Of a DNA stretch of 64,000 nt, positions 19,241 through 30,095 are shown piece after piece. Both the position numbers and the translations under genes were made by a program. Where the stretch lies: the NCBI GenBank assembly GCA_008690995.1, contig VRMN01000002.1:1922001-1986000 (forward strand). The letters run 5' to 3'. This DNA comes from Porphyridium purpureum. Lineage: Eukaryota. How positions within the stretch are numbered: the first letter of the stretch is position 1; each line of letters opens with the position of its first letter. The notes beneath the pieces are model-generated. The model saw only the letters and a program-made list of their open reading frames with translations. It had not been told where the DNA came from and ran no database searches.

Positions 19241-21847
19241 ATGAACATGGCCGTGAATCGGTTCATCCGGGCTAGTCGAGGTTTTCGTGCGCGGGCGTTC
19301 GTGTGCTTGTGGATGAGGCCCGAGGCAGGAGGGAGAGAGGCAGTGTGGATGGAAGGCAGATCGTTGGACGTCGAGGCGTTCGCGCGCGCGCGCCTGCGCG
19401 AGCTCGAGAATCTGAGAACTGCGTGTCATTCGCGGACAGGCGGGTCTGGACATGTGCGCTTGTTCCAGACGTTGCCGTGGCACCTGCGCCGGCGGACCAT
19501 GTCGCACTCGTCGCGCCGCATGCCGTGGCGGCTGCGAGCAAACGCAGCGTCCGAGCTGCGGCGGATGAAGCTGGACTCCGACAAACACGGCACGCGGCCG
19601 CAGGGCAAGTGGCGCTGCAGGAAGCACCGCAGAAGGGCCGCGTGGATGCTGGCCGCCAAGAACTCGCCCGCGCAGCGCAAGCGCTCCTGGCTTGAGACTC
19701 ACATCTGGCACGCCAAGCGCATGAAGATGGTCAGTCCGTTTGGTGGTGGGCTCAAACTTGCGTGGTGTCCGGTTGATCGCGGCGAGCGTTCGGCATACCG
19801 TGCCATGTCGCACGGTACAGTCATCCACGACGCATCGTACTTGGAGGTGATCGAGCTGCGCGCACGCCTTCCAGCTAACGCACGCTCAGCAGAACACATT
19901 CCGTCAGAGCACCACAAAAGCAGTCCACAGCAGGAGGCGTGGCACGCATTAACACGCGTGCTGGCCATGGTCATGAATGCACGCGACCTCGCCCGCATTC
20001 AGGCGAGTCCATCGGCCGAAGGAAAGCGTGTGGTGCGCGGCGCCGTGCTTTATCGTCTAAACTCGGCTTTGCGGCAAGTCGTAGCTCCAGTAGACATTCT
20101 GTATCATCCTATGGCGCAAAAAATGTGGATTTGGGTCCACCCCGCAGCATCGCTCGAACTTTTCATGCAATTGCGCGAGGCCATCAGAGCGCACCGAGAA
20201 CAGGTCGAGAAGCTCGAGTTGGCGTCCTCGTCAGTTCAGGCAGGTCCTACTCGTAAACAGCGTCGAGTTGCCAGTAACAGCAGCGTCCGCGTATCGGTTC
20301 AGAAGCTCGAGTCGAACTTTTTGAGATTCTCGCTGGTCGGCGCTGACGCCCACAGGACTTTGCACAAGGTCGTGCGGCCGTGCCGCGCAAGCTCGAATGG
20401 TGCATTGGCGGAAAACGGAAGGTTGTGGAAGCAGCTAGAACCGCTCCGTAGTGTTGCCACACTTCCAGCAGGCCTGGCCTTCCAATTATCCGTAGTCGAT
20501 CCTCGCGAGTTCTTTCCTCCCAAACGTGCACAGCCTAACAGTACGCGATCTGATCCAGATGCGGTGAATGCGCTGCTCGCACAGGTGCACGAGAAAGTTT
20601 GCGTCGTGGATAGCCATCAAGATACATCGCTTTGGAATCTAGCGGATGCTCAGGAAATGTCGAAGCGCGGAAGTTATGCGTTTTATCACACTTTGCGTGC
20701 ACAGGCTCAGGATGACAGTCAGAGCAAAACGTCAAACAGTGTCCAAGTGCTGCTGCTCGCGCGCGAAAGCATGTTGTCGAGAGGGTTCGGCAGTGGGTGG
20801 GACATCATTCTTCCCGCACAGTGGGCTATGCCATTTTGGCTTGCGTTTATCTACGCTGGCGCGCGCGCGGTCGGGTTGCGCGAAATGCGGCAGCTACACC
20901 GCGAGGGAGGAAAACCGTACTTTCCGGACGACTACCCAGACAGCCTCTCGGGTCGGGCAGAGCTATTCAAAAGCATTGAAGAGAGTCGAGCCAAGTACGC
21001 GAGACGTCCCCGCGGGAAGCGGATCAATTATGCTCGCTTGCGGACCGTCGCCCCCTTTGGCCCAGACTTTGACATACTGGTACAAAGTGAGAGCGAGCAG
21101 ACGAGAACCGAGGAATGCAAGTCAGCCTGTGCACCAGCCGCTTCTCTCTCGCCCTCCCCGGAAGCTCCGGCAGCGACTGACTCTATTTTCTCTGCATCGC
21201 GTGGATGGCCTTACTACATGAGTCGCGACCGAGCGACTGACCCAAAGATGCCAAACTCTGCGCAGTGCTTCGTGTGGCAGCATATTACTCCCCTGAGTCG
21301 TGGAGTGCCACGCAGCGGATGCATTGTGTATGCCGCGACTGCTCGCGACCTGGAGTCTTTCATTGCGAATGGCAACATGGCGCCAGCGCTTGAGGAGTCG
21401 AAGGGAAGAAGCATGTCTCGACGCGCTCGCGCCAAGTGTCAGAACGAGCTGAAAAAGGAAACAAAGCAGCTGAAGGCAAAGCCAACATCCGAAGACCAAG
21501 AAAAGGACGCAAGAGGCAATCTTCTGACGCCGAAGAAGGATACTAGTGTGCGCTTCTTGAAAGGATGCATGCTGATTGACGACGCCAGTGCTACAAGTGC
21601 GCCGACCCGCCAAGTGATTGGTTTCATCACGAGCGGCGACTATAGCTTCGTGCGCGGACACGGCTTTGGATGTGGCTTTGTGCTTTCGTCCTCCTTGGAA
21701 CAGCAAGCGGCCCTCCAGGCCACCACGCTCCAAGCGGTGAAGCGTCTGGATCGCCGAGCAAGCTCAGGCGCAGTTCTGGTCTTGATCCGGAATGTGAGCT
21801 CGCGGTATTATCGTCTTGCCTGGTGCCAGCGCGCCCGCGCTTGCTGA
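19241..21847 (+). CDS. POP1: RNase P/MRP protein subunit POP1
   Basis: FQTLPWHLRRRTMSH, WLETHIWHAKRMKM, HDASY, GWDIILP, FPDDYPD, IGFITSG. Start uncertain (19241-19349). Confidence 0.92.
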   Translation: MNMAVNRFIRASRGFRARAFVCLWMRPEAGGREAVWMEGRSLDVEAFARARLRELENLRTACHSRTGGSGHVRLFQTLPWHLRRRTMSHSSRRMPWRLRANAASELRRMKLDSDKHGTRPQGKWRCRKHRRRAAWMLAAKNSPAQRKRSWLETHIWHAKRMKMVSPFGGGLKLAWCPVDRGERSAYRAMSHGTVIHDASYLEVIELRARLPANARSAEHIPSEHHKSSPQQEAWHALTRVLAMVMNARDLARIQASPSAEGKRVVRGAVLYRLNSALRQVVAPVDILYHPMAQKMWIWVHPAASLELFMQLREAIRAHREQVEKLELASSSVQAGPTRKQRRVASNSSVRVSVQKLESNFLRFSLVGADAHRTLHKVVRPCRASSNGALAENGRLWKQLEPLRSVATLPAGLAFQLSVVDPREFFPPKRAQPNSTRSDPDAVNALLAQVHEKVCVVDSHQDTSLWNLADAQEMSKRGSYAFYHTLRAQAQDDSQSKTSNSVQVLLLARESMLSRGFGSGWDIILPAQWAMPFWLAFIYAGARAVGLREMRQLHREGGKPYFPDDYPDSLSGRAELFKSIEESRAKYARRPRGKRINYARLRTVAPFGPDFDILVQSESEQTRTEECKSACAPAASLSPSPEAPAATDSIFSASRGWPYYMSRDRATDPKMPNSAQCFVWQHITPLSRGVPRSGCIVYAATARDLESFIANGNMAPALEESKGRSMSRRARAKCQNELKKETKQLKAKPTSEDQEKDARGNLLTPKKDTSVRFLKGCMLIDDASATSAPTRQVIGFITSGDYSFVRGHGFGCGFVLSSSLEQQAALQATTLQAVKRLDRRASSGAVLVLIRNVSSRYYRLAWCQRARAC

Positions 21848-22063
21848 AGTTAGGCAGCGAGATCGCGGGCGAGGGTTCAGTGATTATCTTGCCTCGCTGA
21901 GTGGCGCTTTGCGTACAAGTAAAGATAAAGCGGACGAGGTCGGATGAACTACGTCGTTCGCTCGATCAAGTTATCACCAAGAATCATTCGCCATCATTAT
22001 CTCCCTAATGTTTTGAGTGTCTATCGTAAAGTTTTCGTTTTCGTCAAGTGAGCGGATCGGATC

Positions 22064-23158
22064 ATGGCTCACATGGCGTGGATACGCGTGCCCGCGCCGA
22101 CACCTGTCGTGACAGCCTCATCGGCGTCCTGGCAACGGGCACGGAGGCCGCCCCTATGTTCTGCGTCTCCGCTGTCCAAGCGTGCAATAGATGAACCGGT
22201 TCCGACGCTCGGCCCGGTCGCTGCAGCAGTCAACCGAGTGCTGCAGCTCAAGCCGCTGCTTCAGCGGGCACAAAGCTCTGCCACTGAGATGATGCGCACG
22301 CGCGGAAGCTCGATTGGGGCAGACTGGGCAGAGCACAAGGCATACGTCGAGCGCTTGGCACCGGAGCAGCATCTGGAGCGCCTCGTTCAGTCGGACACAT
22401 TAAGGCGACTCCCGCAGTACTACAACGTATCATTCCACGCGTACCAGGCCGGGAATCGGTGCTGGTCTGCAGCAATGGACGCAGACGTGGCGACGCTCAC
22501 AGTTCACTCGACTCTCTTTGATGAAGAGAACCCGAGCTTGCTCGGGGACGAGCAGATGCGGTTCAACTTCTGCAGTACCATATGCATGTACCTCGAAGAT
22601 GAAGTTGACGACGCGCGCTGCGTCGTCGATGTTGGTGCGTCAACGGGTCTTTCGACACGCCACTTGTTGCGCACGTTTTCCAACGCCGATATTGTTGCGC
22701 TCGACCTCTCAGAGCACATGCTTGCAGTGGCCTCAGCGCTGCTCGAGCATGATGGGCTGACAGAGCGCGTAAGCTTTGTGCATGCGGCCGCTGAGGACAT
22801 GCCGCGTGTTGTGCAGAGGCGTGACGTAGATGCCGTGGTCATGTCTCTAGTGGCACATGAGTTACCGCGTGGCGCGCTCGGCCAAATTTTGGAAGCAGCG
22901 TTTGAGCTTATGGAGGAAGATGCATTGCTCGCCATCTTGGAGATTGATCCAGATGCCCCTGCAGCGGGTCGCTTGCTCAGCAATCCGTTTTTCCGTGGCC
23001 TGTTCCGCAGCACGGAGCCGTATCTTGACGACTACCTTACTCTTGACTTGCCACGTGCCATATCGGAGGCCGGCTTTACCTTTGTCGCCAAGCACGGCGT
23101 GTCGCCTCGCCATGCGGCGTTCATTGCGTACAAGCCTAGGGCTTCTGATCACACATGA
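22064..23158 (+). CDS. Class I SAM-dependent methyltransferase, probably plastid-targeted
   Basis: YYNVSFHAY..GN, motif I VVDVGASTGLST, LDLS.HML, HELP, STEPYLDDY; S/A/R-rich N-terminus. Confidence 0.85.
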   Translation: MAHMAWIRVPAPTPVVTASSASWQRARRPPLCSASPLSKRAIDEPVPTLGPVAAAVNRVLQLKPLLQRAQSSATEMMRTRGSSIGADWAEHKAYVERLAPEQHLERLVQSDTLRRLPQYYNVSFHAYQAGNRCWSAAMDADVATLTVHSTLFDEENPSLLGDEQMRFNFCSTICMYLEDEVDDARCVVDVGASTGLSTRHLLRTFSNADIVALDLSEHMLAVASALLEHDGLTERVSFVHAAAEDMPRVVQRRDVDAVVMSLVAHELPRGALGQILEAAFELMEEDALLAILEIDPDAPAAGRLLSNPFFRGLFRSTEPYLDDYLTLDLPRAISEAGFTFVAKHGVSPRHAAFIAYKPRASDHT

Positions 23159-23248
23159 AGACCTAGCTGATTCTTTGTGGTGAAGAATAGAAGAATGCAT
23201 GGACTGGAGCAACGTTGCCTTTCGTTTTTATAAGAGATTTCCTATCGA

Positions 23249-24619
23249 CTATGCCGTCTGCCAAGCAGCGGCCGGCCCGCTTCTGGCCGCCGCCGTAGAT
23301 GCAGCCTTTTCTTCCGCATCACCGCTCTGCCTCAAGTTCTTCGACCTTGGATGTTTCCTCTCCAAAGGCTTTTCCAGTGGCTGGACTCGACCCACCACGT
23401 CCGAGTCCCACGAAGAGCGCTGAAGCAGTCTCATGTCCAACAGGACTCCAGGCCCCATGTCAGTCGAAACAGTGATTTTCATGATATACTTTCCCTTGAG
23501 CGCGGTCGGCTTGACGCTAATCAGCGCATCGTACGCCGCCTGTATGTTTTCTGCCAGAGCACGGTCGTCAAAACTGATCTTGCCTACCACAAAGTTCAAG
23601 TTGCCCTTCTTATCATTCCGCAACTGCTGTGAGCCTCGGGTGGCCTCCTTGACCGCCTCTGGAATATCATTCGTTACAGAACCAAGTTTGACAGTCGGCA
23701 TGAGTTGGCGCGGTCCCAAGATGCGCCCGACCTCAGCAAGCCTGCGAAAGAAGCTCGGCGTACTCAATGCGAAATCAAAATCAATGTTCCCATCCTTGAC
23801 CTCCTGGATCAGTGACGAGCCGCCGACCTTGTGAGCACCAGCCTCGAGCGCGCTCTGCTTCAACAGTTCATCGCCATCGTCACAGAAAACCGCCACCTTG
23901 ATGGAACGCCCGATGCCATGCGGCAGTCTCGCGAGAATACGCACGTTGTGACTCGAATTGCGCGGATCAATGCCGAGTTTGAGCGCGAGCCTCACACTCT
24001 CATTCATCTTGGACCACTTGGACTTCTTCATAATGTATATTGCGTCCAGTAAGCCGTATGATTTTTTGGAATCAAACTCAAACTTCTTCCTTTTCCACTT
24101 TGCAGTCACGCCCAGGACCTGCTTCCACGATTGACCTTGTCGATGGTGGTTACCCCGTGAGCCCGGCTTTACGCGAGACTTTGCCACGCCGGACTTGTCA
24201 AGAGTGCGAATCCCCGTCACACTTTGCGCAATCGCGAGCGCCTCATCGTATGTGGGCTGCTCGGGCGATCCTGCGGCCCTAGGCGCCACAACTGCCGCCA
24301 CATCCTGCGATGGCTGTTGCTGCGGCAAAGCCTCCCTTTTATCGCCAGCTTGCTCCTCTGCGTACTGCTGCTGCTGCTGCGCCGTTTGCGAGGACACTTC
24401 TGCAGCGTCAGCAGCTGCTCTTGCCTCTTCTCTCGCGGCCAACCGCGCTGCCGCGCCCGCCGTCTCGCGCTCCGCCTTCTCGAGCGCGGCCATCATATCG
24501 TCCCCTCCGGCGGTGCACAACCGCCGCGCGGCGTGTCTCTGCATGGCCGCGCATGCTCGCCATTGCTCGCCACGAAGCACCACGTCTCGCATCCATCTCC
24601 ACCGCACGCTCAGCGCCAT
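23249..24619 (-). CDS. Mitochondrial ribosomal protein uL1m
   Basis: ESVRLALKLGIDPR, LPHGIG, GRILGPRQLMP..KLG, STDMGPG; Arg-rich presequence from ATG 24619. Confidence 0.88.
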   Translation of the reverse strand: MALSVRWRWMRDVVLRGEQWRACAAMQRHAARRLCTAGGDDMMAALEKAERETAGAAARLAAREEARAAADAAEVSSQTAQQQQQYAEEQAGDKREALPQQQPSQDVAAVVAPRAAGSPEQPTYDEALAIAQSVTGIRTLDKSGVAKSRVKPGSRGNHHRQGQSWKQVLGVTAKWKRKKFEFDSKKSYGLLDAIYIMKKSKWSKMNESVRLALKLGIDPRNSSHNVRILARLPHGIGRSIKVAVFCDDGDELLKQSALEAGAHKVGGSSLIQEVKDGNIDFDFALSTPSFFRRLAEVGRILGPRQLMPTVKLGSVTNDIPEAVKEATRGSQQLRNDKKGNLNFVVGKISFDDRALAENIQAAYDALISVKPTALKGKYIMKITVSTDMGPGVLLDMRLLQRSSWDSDVVGRVQPLEKPLERKHPRSKNLRQSGDAEEKAASTAAARSGPAAAWQTA

Positions 24620-24744
24620 TGTGTCGCGGTTCGTCTTCTCCCCACACTGCCCCACACATGTCCCATCACACTCCCCCGCACATCGCACTGCCACTCTTCT
24701 AGCTGCGTTTCGGTTCAACCGGTTTCCTCGCCGTTTTCGGATTC

Positions 24745-24850
24745 GGCTTATCGGGTTATCGGCGTATTGGCTCGTCGGTCATGACAAGCTGATAAGCTGA
24801 TAGGCTGATAGGCTGATTGGCTGACAAGCTAAGCTGATAAGCTGATAAAC
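24745..24850. repeat. Divergent 8-bp tandem array of (T/C)GATAAGC-like units
   Basis: Eight + strand units plus a 5-bp partial at 24782-24850; four degenerate - strand units at about 24746-24777; centred near TCATGA (24779-24784). Confidence 0.9.
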
Positions 24851-24992
24851 CGAATGGACAGCGGCTCACGGCAGGCGGCGAGTGGCGGGGCGGGAGAGAG
24901 AAATGGAACGAGACGACGAGCGGGAGCGGTCGAGTCAGGGTGTGAGACGGTGTGTCAGTGTATGTTTGTTGCCAAGCGGGCGAGGAAGTGAA

Positions 24993-26216
24993 ATGGCAGC
25001 AGAGTCATCGCCACTGCTGGAGGGTCATGGAGCAGCGCGCGGGCTTCGCAACAAGGTGCCGAGGAAGAGGAGCGAAGGGTATGAAGGCGGCTGGTCGCCG
25101 GAGCAGCGTAAGCTGATTTCTGCGTCTGTGCTGTGCCTGCTCTTCATGCTCGTCGAGCTTGTTGGCGGGTACTTCGCGCACTCCCTCGCAATTATGTCCG
25201 ACGCCGCTCATCTTATGTCTGACCTCGCGGGTTTCTTGTTGTCGCTCGTGGCCGTGTCCATTGGACGGCTGCCTGGTGACGCAAACATGAGCTACGGCTA
25301 CGCTCGCGCAGAGATTATCGGCGCGCTCGTCAGTGTGATGTTTATCTGGTCGCTGACAGCTGTGCTTCTGTTCTTCGGAATATATCGCATGTTTCATCCC
25401 AGTGATGTCGACGGCAGGCTCATGCTGGTGCTTGGCTTGATCGGGTTGGCGGTGAATTTGACACTCGGATTTGTGCTCGGCCACAGCCATGGCCATCACG
25501 GCCACAGCCATGCTCACGGTCACGATCATTCTCACGGACATGAACATGCGCATGAGCACAATCATAGTCACGCAGATGGTCATGAACACACCCACGGTTC
25601 CGAGCATGAGCTCGTGGATCCGGAGCGAGGCGAATGTGAGACGCGTCAACAGGGCGAGCACAAGCACGCCGCGGAGTCGCAGAGCGTCAATGTACAAGCA
25701 GCGTACTTGCATGTGCTGGGCGACCTGCTGCAAAACGTCGGCGTGGTTCTTGCGGCCGTTGTGATCTGGGTGAAGCCTGAATGGAGCATTGCGGATCCAT
25801 TATGCACCGTTCTTTTCTCGGTGATTGTGCTCGGAACAACATGGGGTCTTGTGCGTGACACGCTCAATGTGCTTATGGAGGGTACGCCACCGGGTCTGGA
25901 TCTCGTGGAAGTGCAAGAAGCATTGCTGGCGGTGCCGGGTGTCCTAGACGTACAGGACCTGCACATTTGGAGCCTCACCGTAGGACAGCCAGCGCTAAGC
26001 GTGCACATCTCGTGCGACGAAAAGGTCGAGCATGAGCTGCTGAAACGTTTGGAGAAAACTCTTTTTGACCGCTTTGGTATGACGCATAGCACGATCCAAA
26101 TCAATTGCATGGACAGCGAATGCTGTGAAGAGGATGCGCTGCGCAGCTTGCGGTGCATGAGTTTGTCACGACGAGATCTCTCGGCACTGCTGAAAGACGA
26201 CGTGACGGACGCGTAG
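24993..26216 (+). CDS. Cation diffusion facilitator Zn transporter (ZnT/MTP1-like)
   Basis: SLAIMSDAAHLMSD, SYGYARAE, His-rich loop, HVLGD, ADPLCT, LMEGTP, DLHIW. Confidence 0.95.
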   Translation: MAAESSPLLEGHGAARGLRNKVPRKRSEGYEGGWSPEQRKLISASVLCLLFMLVELVGGYFAHSLAIMSDAAHLMSDLAGFLLSLVAVSIGRLPGDANMSYGYARAEIIGALVSVMFIWSLTAVLLFFGIYRMFHPSDVDGRLMLVLGLIGLAVNLTLGFVLGHSHGHHGHSHAHGHDHSHGHEHAHEHNHSHADGHEHTHGSEHELVDPERGECETRQQGEHKHAAESQSVNVQAAYLHVLGDLLQNVGVVLAAVVIWVKPEWSIADPLCTVLFSVIVLGTTWGLVRDTLNVLMEGTPPGLDLVEVQEALLAVPGVLDVQDLHIWSLTVGQPALSVHISCDEKVEHELLKRLEKTLFDRFGMTHSTIQINCMDSECCEEDALRSLRCMSLSRRDLSALLKDDVTDA

Positions 26217-26527
26217 CGCAACAGTTGCACGAGCCCAAGCCGTGACTATACTTATACTCTGGGTCAGGAACGGTCTTGACTCGAGCGGGCGTGGTTCCGT
26301 TTCATCGCACGCGTAAAGCTCTATCATGCAATAAATGATGGACGCCGACGCCCCCGCGCGTCGTTTATTTCAATAACAATGAGTGTGGAGATCATGGAGA
26401 TGAAGGAAGAAGAAGGATGCTTCCCCTACCCAAAGGCGCACTCCACCCAAGAAAACTAAAGCACAACACACCAAGCTGGTCTGACTCGCTTCTCAAAATG
26501 AGGACCGTCAAACAAGTACCGTGTCGT

Positions 26528-27784
26528 CTACATCTGTCCATTCCAGCCCTTAATGGCCGCAGGCATTGGGACATCGACTTCACTGAGCTTCACTGGACGG
26601 CCTTCCTGGTAGCTCTTCTTTGCCGCAAGAGCAATGACCACCGGTGCGCGACCATCAATACCCGTGCAGGGAATGGGCGCATCGTACAGGCAGACGTTGA
26701 TGAAATCGTTCATTTCCGTGACGAACGATTCAGTGTATCTGTCCATGAAAAAGTGCAGCGGCAAGTCACGTTCAATCTTCTTGCCAGTCGAGATGACGGC
26801 CGAGTTTGCGTAATTGTTGTTAATTTCGCACGAACCACCCGAGCCAAACACTTCGCAGCGCTGATCATATCCAAACACCGCCTGTCTGCTATTGTCGATC
26901 GTGCCAATCACTCCGTTGGCAAACTTGAGCGTGACAAGCGAGGTATCAATGTCGCCGTACTGGGCAAAGTCTGGGTTGATGTTGCACGCACCCAGCGCAT
27001 ACACCTCTTCCACCTCCGAGCCGATCAGGAAGCGCGCCATGTCAAAATCGTGGATCGAGCAGTCCAGCCAAATCCCGCCAGAATTCTTGACGTACTCAAT
27101 TGGTGGCGGACTTGGGTCGCGAGACGTGATGTGAATCATGTGCGGCGTGCCGATCTCGCCATTGTCAACGGCCTGCTTGATACGCCGATAGTTCTGGTCA
27201 AAGCGGCGATTGAAACCCACCTGTAACTTGACGCCGGCCTCCTTGACAGCTACGAGAGCCTTGTCCACGACTTCCAGATTCGTGTCAATTGGTTTTTCGC
27301 AGAAAATGTGCTTACCGTACTTGGCTGCCTCGATGATCTGTTCCGTGTGCTGATTGCTTGCGGAGCAAATGCACACCGCGTCGACCTCTGGATTCTCCAA
27401 GAGGTCATGGTATTCATAGTAAGGCTGACAGCCGTGCTCCAGACTGCAGCGGTCGGCAAGCTGCTTGGTACCCGAGGCGACGCCAACCAGTTTGGCACCC
27501 TTAGTCCTGAACGTAATCGTATCAGCGTGCACCTGGCCAATTCTTCCGGCGCCAATGATGCCAATGTTCAGCACCTTTTTCGCGTCCTTGTTTGTCACAT
27601 TCGCGAGCGTCTCAGTGTTTGCGACGTTCATACGGACGGTGCCGGCGGCCGCAGCGCGTGAGCGCCGTGCCGCGCACCCAAGGGCGCGCGGGGCGCCAAA
27701 CGATGTGCGCCACTGTGACGCATTTCCTCCCTTCAGCGACGGCGCCGACGCGCCCGACGCACTTGCCACGAATGCGCTCACCAT
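26528..27784 (-). CDS. iolG: myo-inositol 2-dehydrogenase (Gfo/Idh/MocA), plastid transit peptide
   Basis: GAGRIG, CEKP, GFNRRFD, SRDP.PPP, SGGI..D..IHDFD, YDQRCEVFG; N-terminus MVSAFVAS...VRM. Confidence 0.9.
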   Translation of the reverse strand: MVSAFVASASGASAPSLKGGNASQWRTSFGAPRALGCAARRSRAAAAGTVRMNVANTETLANVTNKDAKKVLNIGIIGAGRIGQVHADTITFRTKGAKLVGVASGTKQLADRCSLEHGCQPYYEYHDLLENPEVDAVCICSASNQHTEQIIEAAKYGKHIFCEKPIDTNLEVVDKALVAVKEAGVKLQVGFNRRFDQNYRRIKQAVDNGEIGTPHMIHITSRDPSPPPIEYVKNSGGIWLDCSIHDFDMARFLIGSEVEEVYALGACNINPDFAQYGDIDTSLVTLKFANGVIGTIDNSRQAVFGYDQRCEVFGSGGSCEINNNYANSAVISTGKKIERDLPLHFFMDRYTESFVTEMNDFINVCLYDAPIPCTGIDGRAPVVIALAAKKSYQEGRPVKLSEVDVPMPAAIKGWNGQM

Positions 27785-28113
27785 TCTCGCCCCTCAAGTC
27801 TGTCCACAGCTCTCCGCAAAAGGCGACACGCCTATTCCAGCACAACCCGCAATCAGCAACCAAGCACAAGCTACCAGCCGCCGGACACCACGATCACGCG
27901 CCCAGTTCTCCGGTTGAACAAGCCCCCTTCCCGCTTGCTTGCCTTGCTGTTCCTGATTCCCTTCTGCCCTCGATCTGCACACCAACCACATCAACCCCCT
28001 TCGAAAGTTTCTAAGTAAATGGTTCGTTTTACTATGAAAAACGTTGGGGGGGAGATTCGTCTTGTGGTTATGAGGTGTGGTGAGGTTGGAGCAGATATAA
28101 ACGGGTCCAAGGT

Positions 28114-28947
28114 TTATAAAGTAAGAAGATCATGGAAGGTCGGATAGCGGAACAGGTTGGACGCACTTGCAGACGCGTGGCCAATGTCTTGTTCGTGATT
28201 CGGGCCGAACACCGCGGCGTACCGGATGAAGCGGAACAGGCTCTCAGTGACTATTGTGGACGAGTCCATGTGCAGCTCGGGTTCGATCTGCCGCGCAATC
28301 GACGCGCGGCCCATGAGCGTCTCGCAGAATAAGAGCTTGTGCTTTGCGGCGCCCGTGGTGAACAGTCCGACTTTCTCGAACGCTAGTCGCACCAATTGCT
28401 CGTCCTGGTCGGTGTCCACTCGCACAATCATGTACAAATTAAACGTCCCGGCCAATTTTTCAATCGCCTCGGCTGCTTCGCTGTTCAGCTCGCAACTGTG
28501 AGCGGCGCGGTCGTACACGAAAAGCGACGCGTCATCCAGACAGCAGCCTACGGTTATACTTTGCACGTGCGGAAGCTTGATCAAGCCCTTGCCCCCGTTG
28601 ACCACTTTGCCACCCTTCTTGCCTACCACGCTGGAGGCTGGCGCGGCGCCAACAACCCCGCCTGCGCTTGCCGCGGCACTCGTACCGCGCGCTCGCGACG
28701 ATAAGGTGGGCGGCGTCGCGGCGCTACTGCTTGCTCCTACTGTGGCGGCTGACGGCACGTCAATCAGCGCGCGCGCCGAGCCCGCGTCGCTTCCGCCTCC
28801 TGGCGGCGCCCGTCGCTTCTGCCGCGCGGCGCGAATCGTGTAGGCAAGCGCCGCCGCCGCGACCGCCAGCAGTAACAACGGTGCCGGTCCGTTCCGTTGC
28901 AGGTATCCTCGCAGCATACTTATTAGAGCAGCCACCATTCGCCCCAT
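28114..28947 (-). CDS. PEX22: Peroxin 22 (plant-type)
   Basis: N-terminal TM segment LLLLAVAAAALAY; C-domain LYMIVRV..D..E, KLLFCET..GRASIARQIEP..H.D, L.RFI, matching plant PEX22. Confidence 0.8.
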   Translation of the reverse strand: MGRMVAALISMLRGYLQRNGPAPLLLLAVAAAALAYTIRAARQKRRAPPGGGSDAGSARALIDVPSAATVGASSSAATPPTLSSRARGTSAAASAGGVVGAAPASSVVGKKGGKVVNGGKGLIKLPHVQSITVGCCLDDASLFVYDRAAHSCELNSEAAEAIEKLAGTFNLYMIVRVDTDQDEQLVRLAFEKVGLFTTGAAKHKLLFCETLMGRASIARQIEPELHMDSSTIVTESLFRFIRYAAVFGPNHEQDIGHASASASNLFRYPTFHDLLTL

Positions 28948-29049
28948 GTTCCCTGTCGCCTCTCGCACGTCGCCCACGCTGCGGTATTGGAGCCATGTGT
29001 CGGCCAAGAAGACTATGTGGCCGGTTAACATTTCGTGAGGTTCTGCAAC

Positions 29050-29964
29050 ATGAGTGGGGCGACTCCTCGAGGAATGGAGGAGCGCGGGTCCGCAGGCGCG
29101 CACGGCCTCACTTACTGCGAGATATGCTGGGCGCGACCTGCGGGCGGCGGATCGCGGGTGGCACGCGCGCTCCGGATGGTTGGCGAGTTGGATGCGTTGA
29201 CGCTGGGTGTCGCGATGGTTGTGCTGGTGTACGTGGCTACCACCGTGCGGGATCCGGTGGTTCGGCCGCTGATGATGATGGACGTGACACGGTTTGCAGC
29301 CAAAGCAGAGCCAGAGCAGGTTCATGTGGCAGAGATGTACACACTTGCTTTCGCGCTCGTTGCCCTGATTCCCACTGTCGAAGTGCTGCTCCGCCCGCGC
29401 GGCAGGAGCGTGGCGCACGCGTTTCTACTCGGGCTGAGACAAGTATCCTCCTACTTAACGGCAGGCATGCTCTCGGTGGCAACGACAGAAGCCTCCAAGG
29501 CCACAGTAGGGTGGATGCGACCAGACTTTGCGAGCCGCTGCTTCGGCCCGGATGCGCTACCCATCAAGGAATTCTCTCCGCGAGTCATCACCTCGGATGC
29601 TGATTGCCTGTTTCAGCAGTCTTTGCGGGACGGGCGCAAGTCGTTTCCATCAGGTCATTCGTCGTTCGGCTTTTTTTTCGGAACGTGGGTGTGCGTCTAC
29701 TTGATACACATCAGCACGCGCTTCGCGATGCGGCGCAACATGGTCGCAAATGCGCTGCAGTGTATCGCGCTTGTACCACTCGTCTATGCGACGTGGGTTG
29801 CGTGCACGCGCATTGTCGATAATCGCCACTTCCCTGCAGACGTCGCCATGGGTTCATTGATCGGCATTTTCTGCAGTGCACTGCTGCATTTCCGAACGCT
29901 TTCAATTATCACCGAAACCTGCCCAGACGCGAAAACGCGCGCCGATAACATCTACTTTGTATAA
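29050..29964 (+). CDS. PAP2 lipid phosphate phosphatase
   Basis: C1 K..VGWMRPDF, C2 SFPSGH, C3 TRIVDNRHF.ADV; several TM helices. Confidence 0.93.
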   Translation: MSGATPRGMEERGSAGAHGLTYCEICWARPAGGGSRVARALRMVGELDALTLGVAMVVLVYVATTVRDPVVRPLMMMDVTRFAAKAEPEQVHVAEMYTLAFALVALIPTVEVLLRPRGRSVAHAFLLGLRQVSSYLTAGMLSVATTEASKATVGWMRPDFASRCFGPDALPIKEFSPRVITSDADCLFQQSLRDGRKSFPSGHSSFGFFFGTWVCVYLIHISTRFAMRRNMVANALQCIALVPLVYATWVACTRIVDNRHFPADVAMGSLIGIFCSALLHFRTLSIITETCPDAKTRADNIYFV

Positions 29965-30095
29965 TATCCCACCATGCAGAGGAGAGAGAAGCTTGCACCT
30001 TGCGCGTGCGCGGCACTCGACATACAAATGTAAGCGCTTGAGATGGCGAAAAGCAGCACAAGCATTGGCTTGTCTTTCCGCCTTGAACTTGGAAT

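Noticed and set aside
24782..24850. Repeat array considered as CRISPR or telomeric repeat
   Set aside because: 8-bp contiguous units without spacers, no cas genes, and an internal promoter location.
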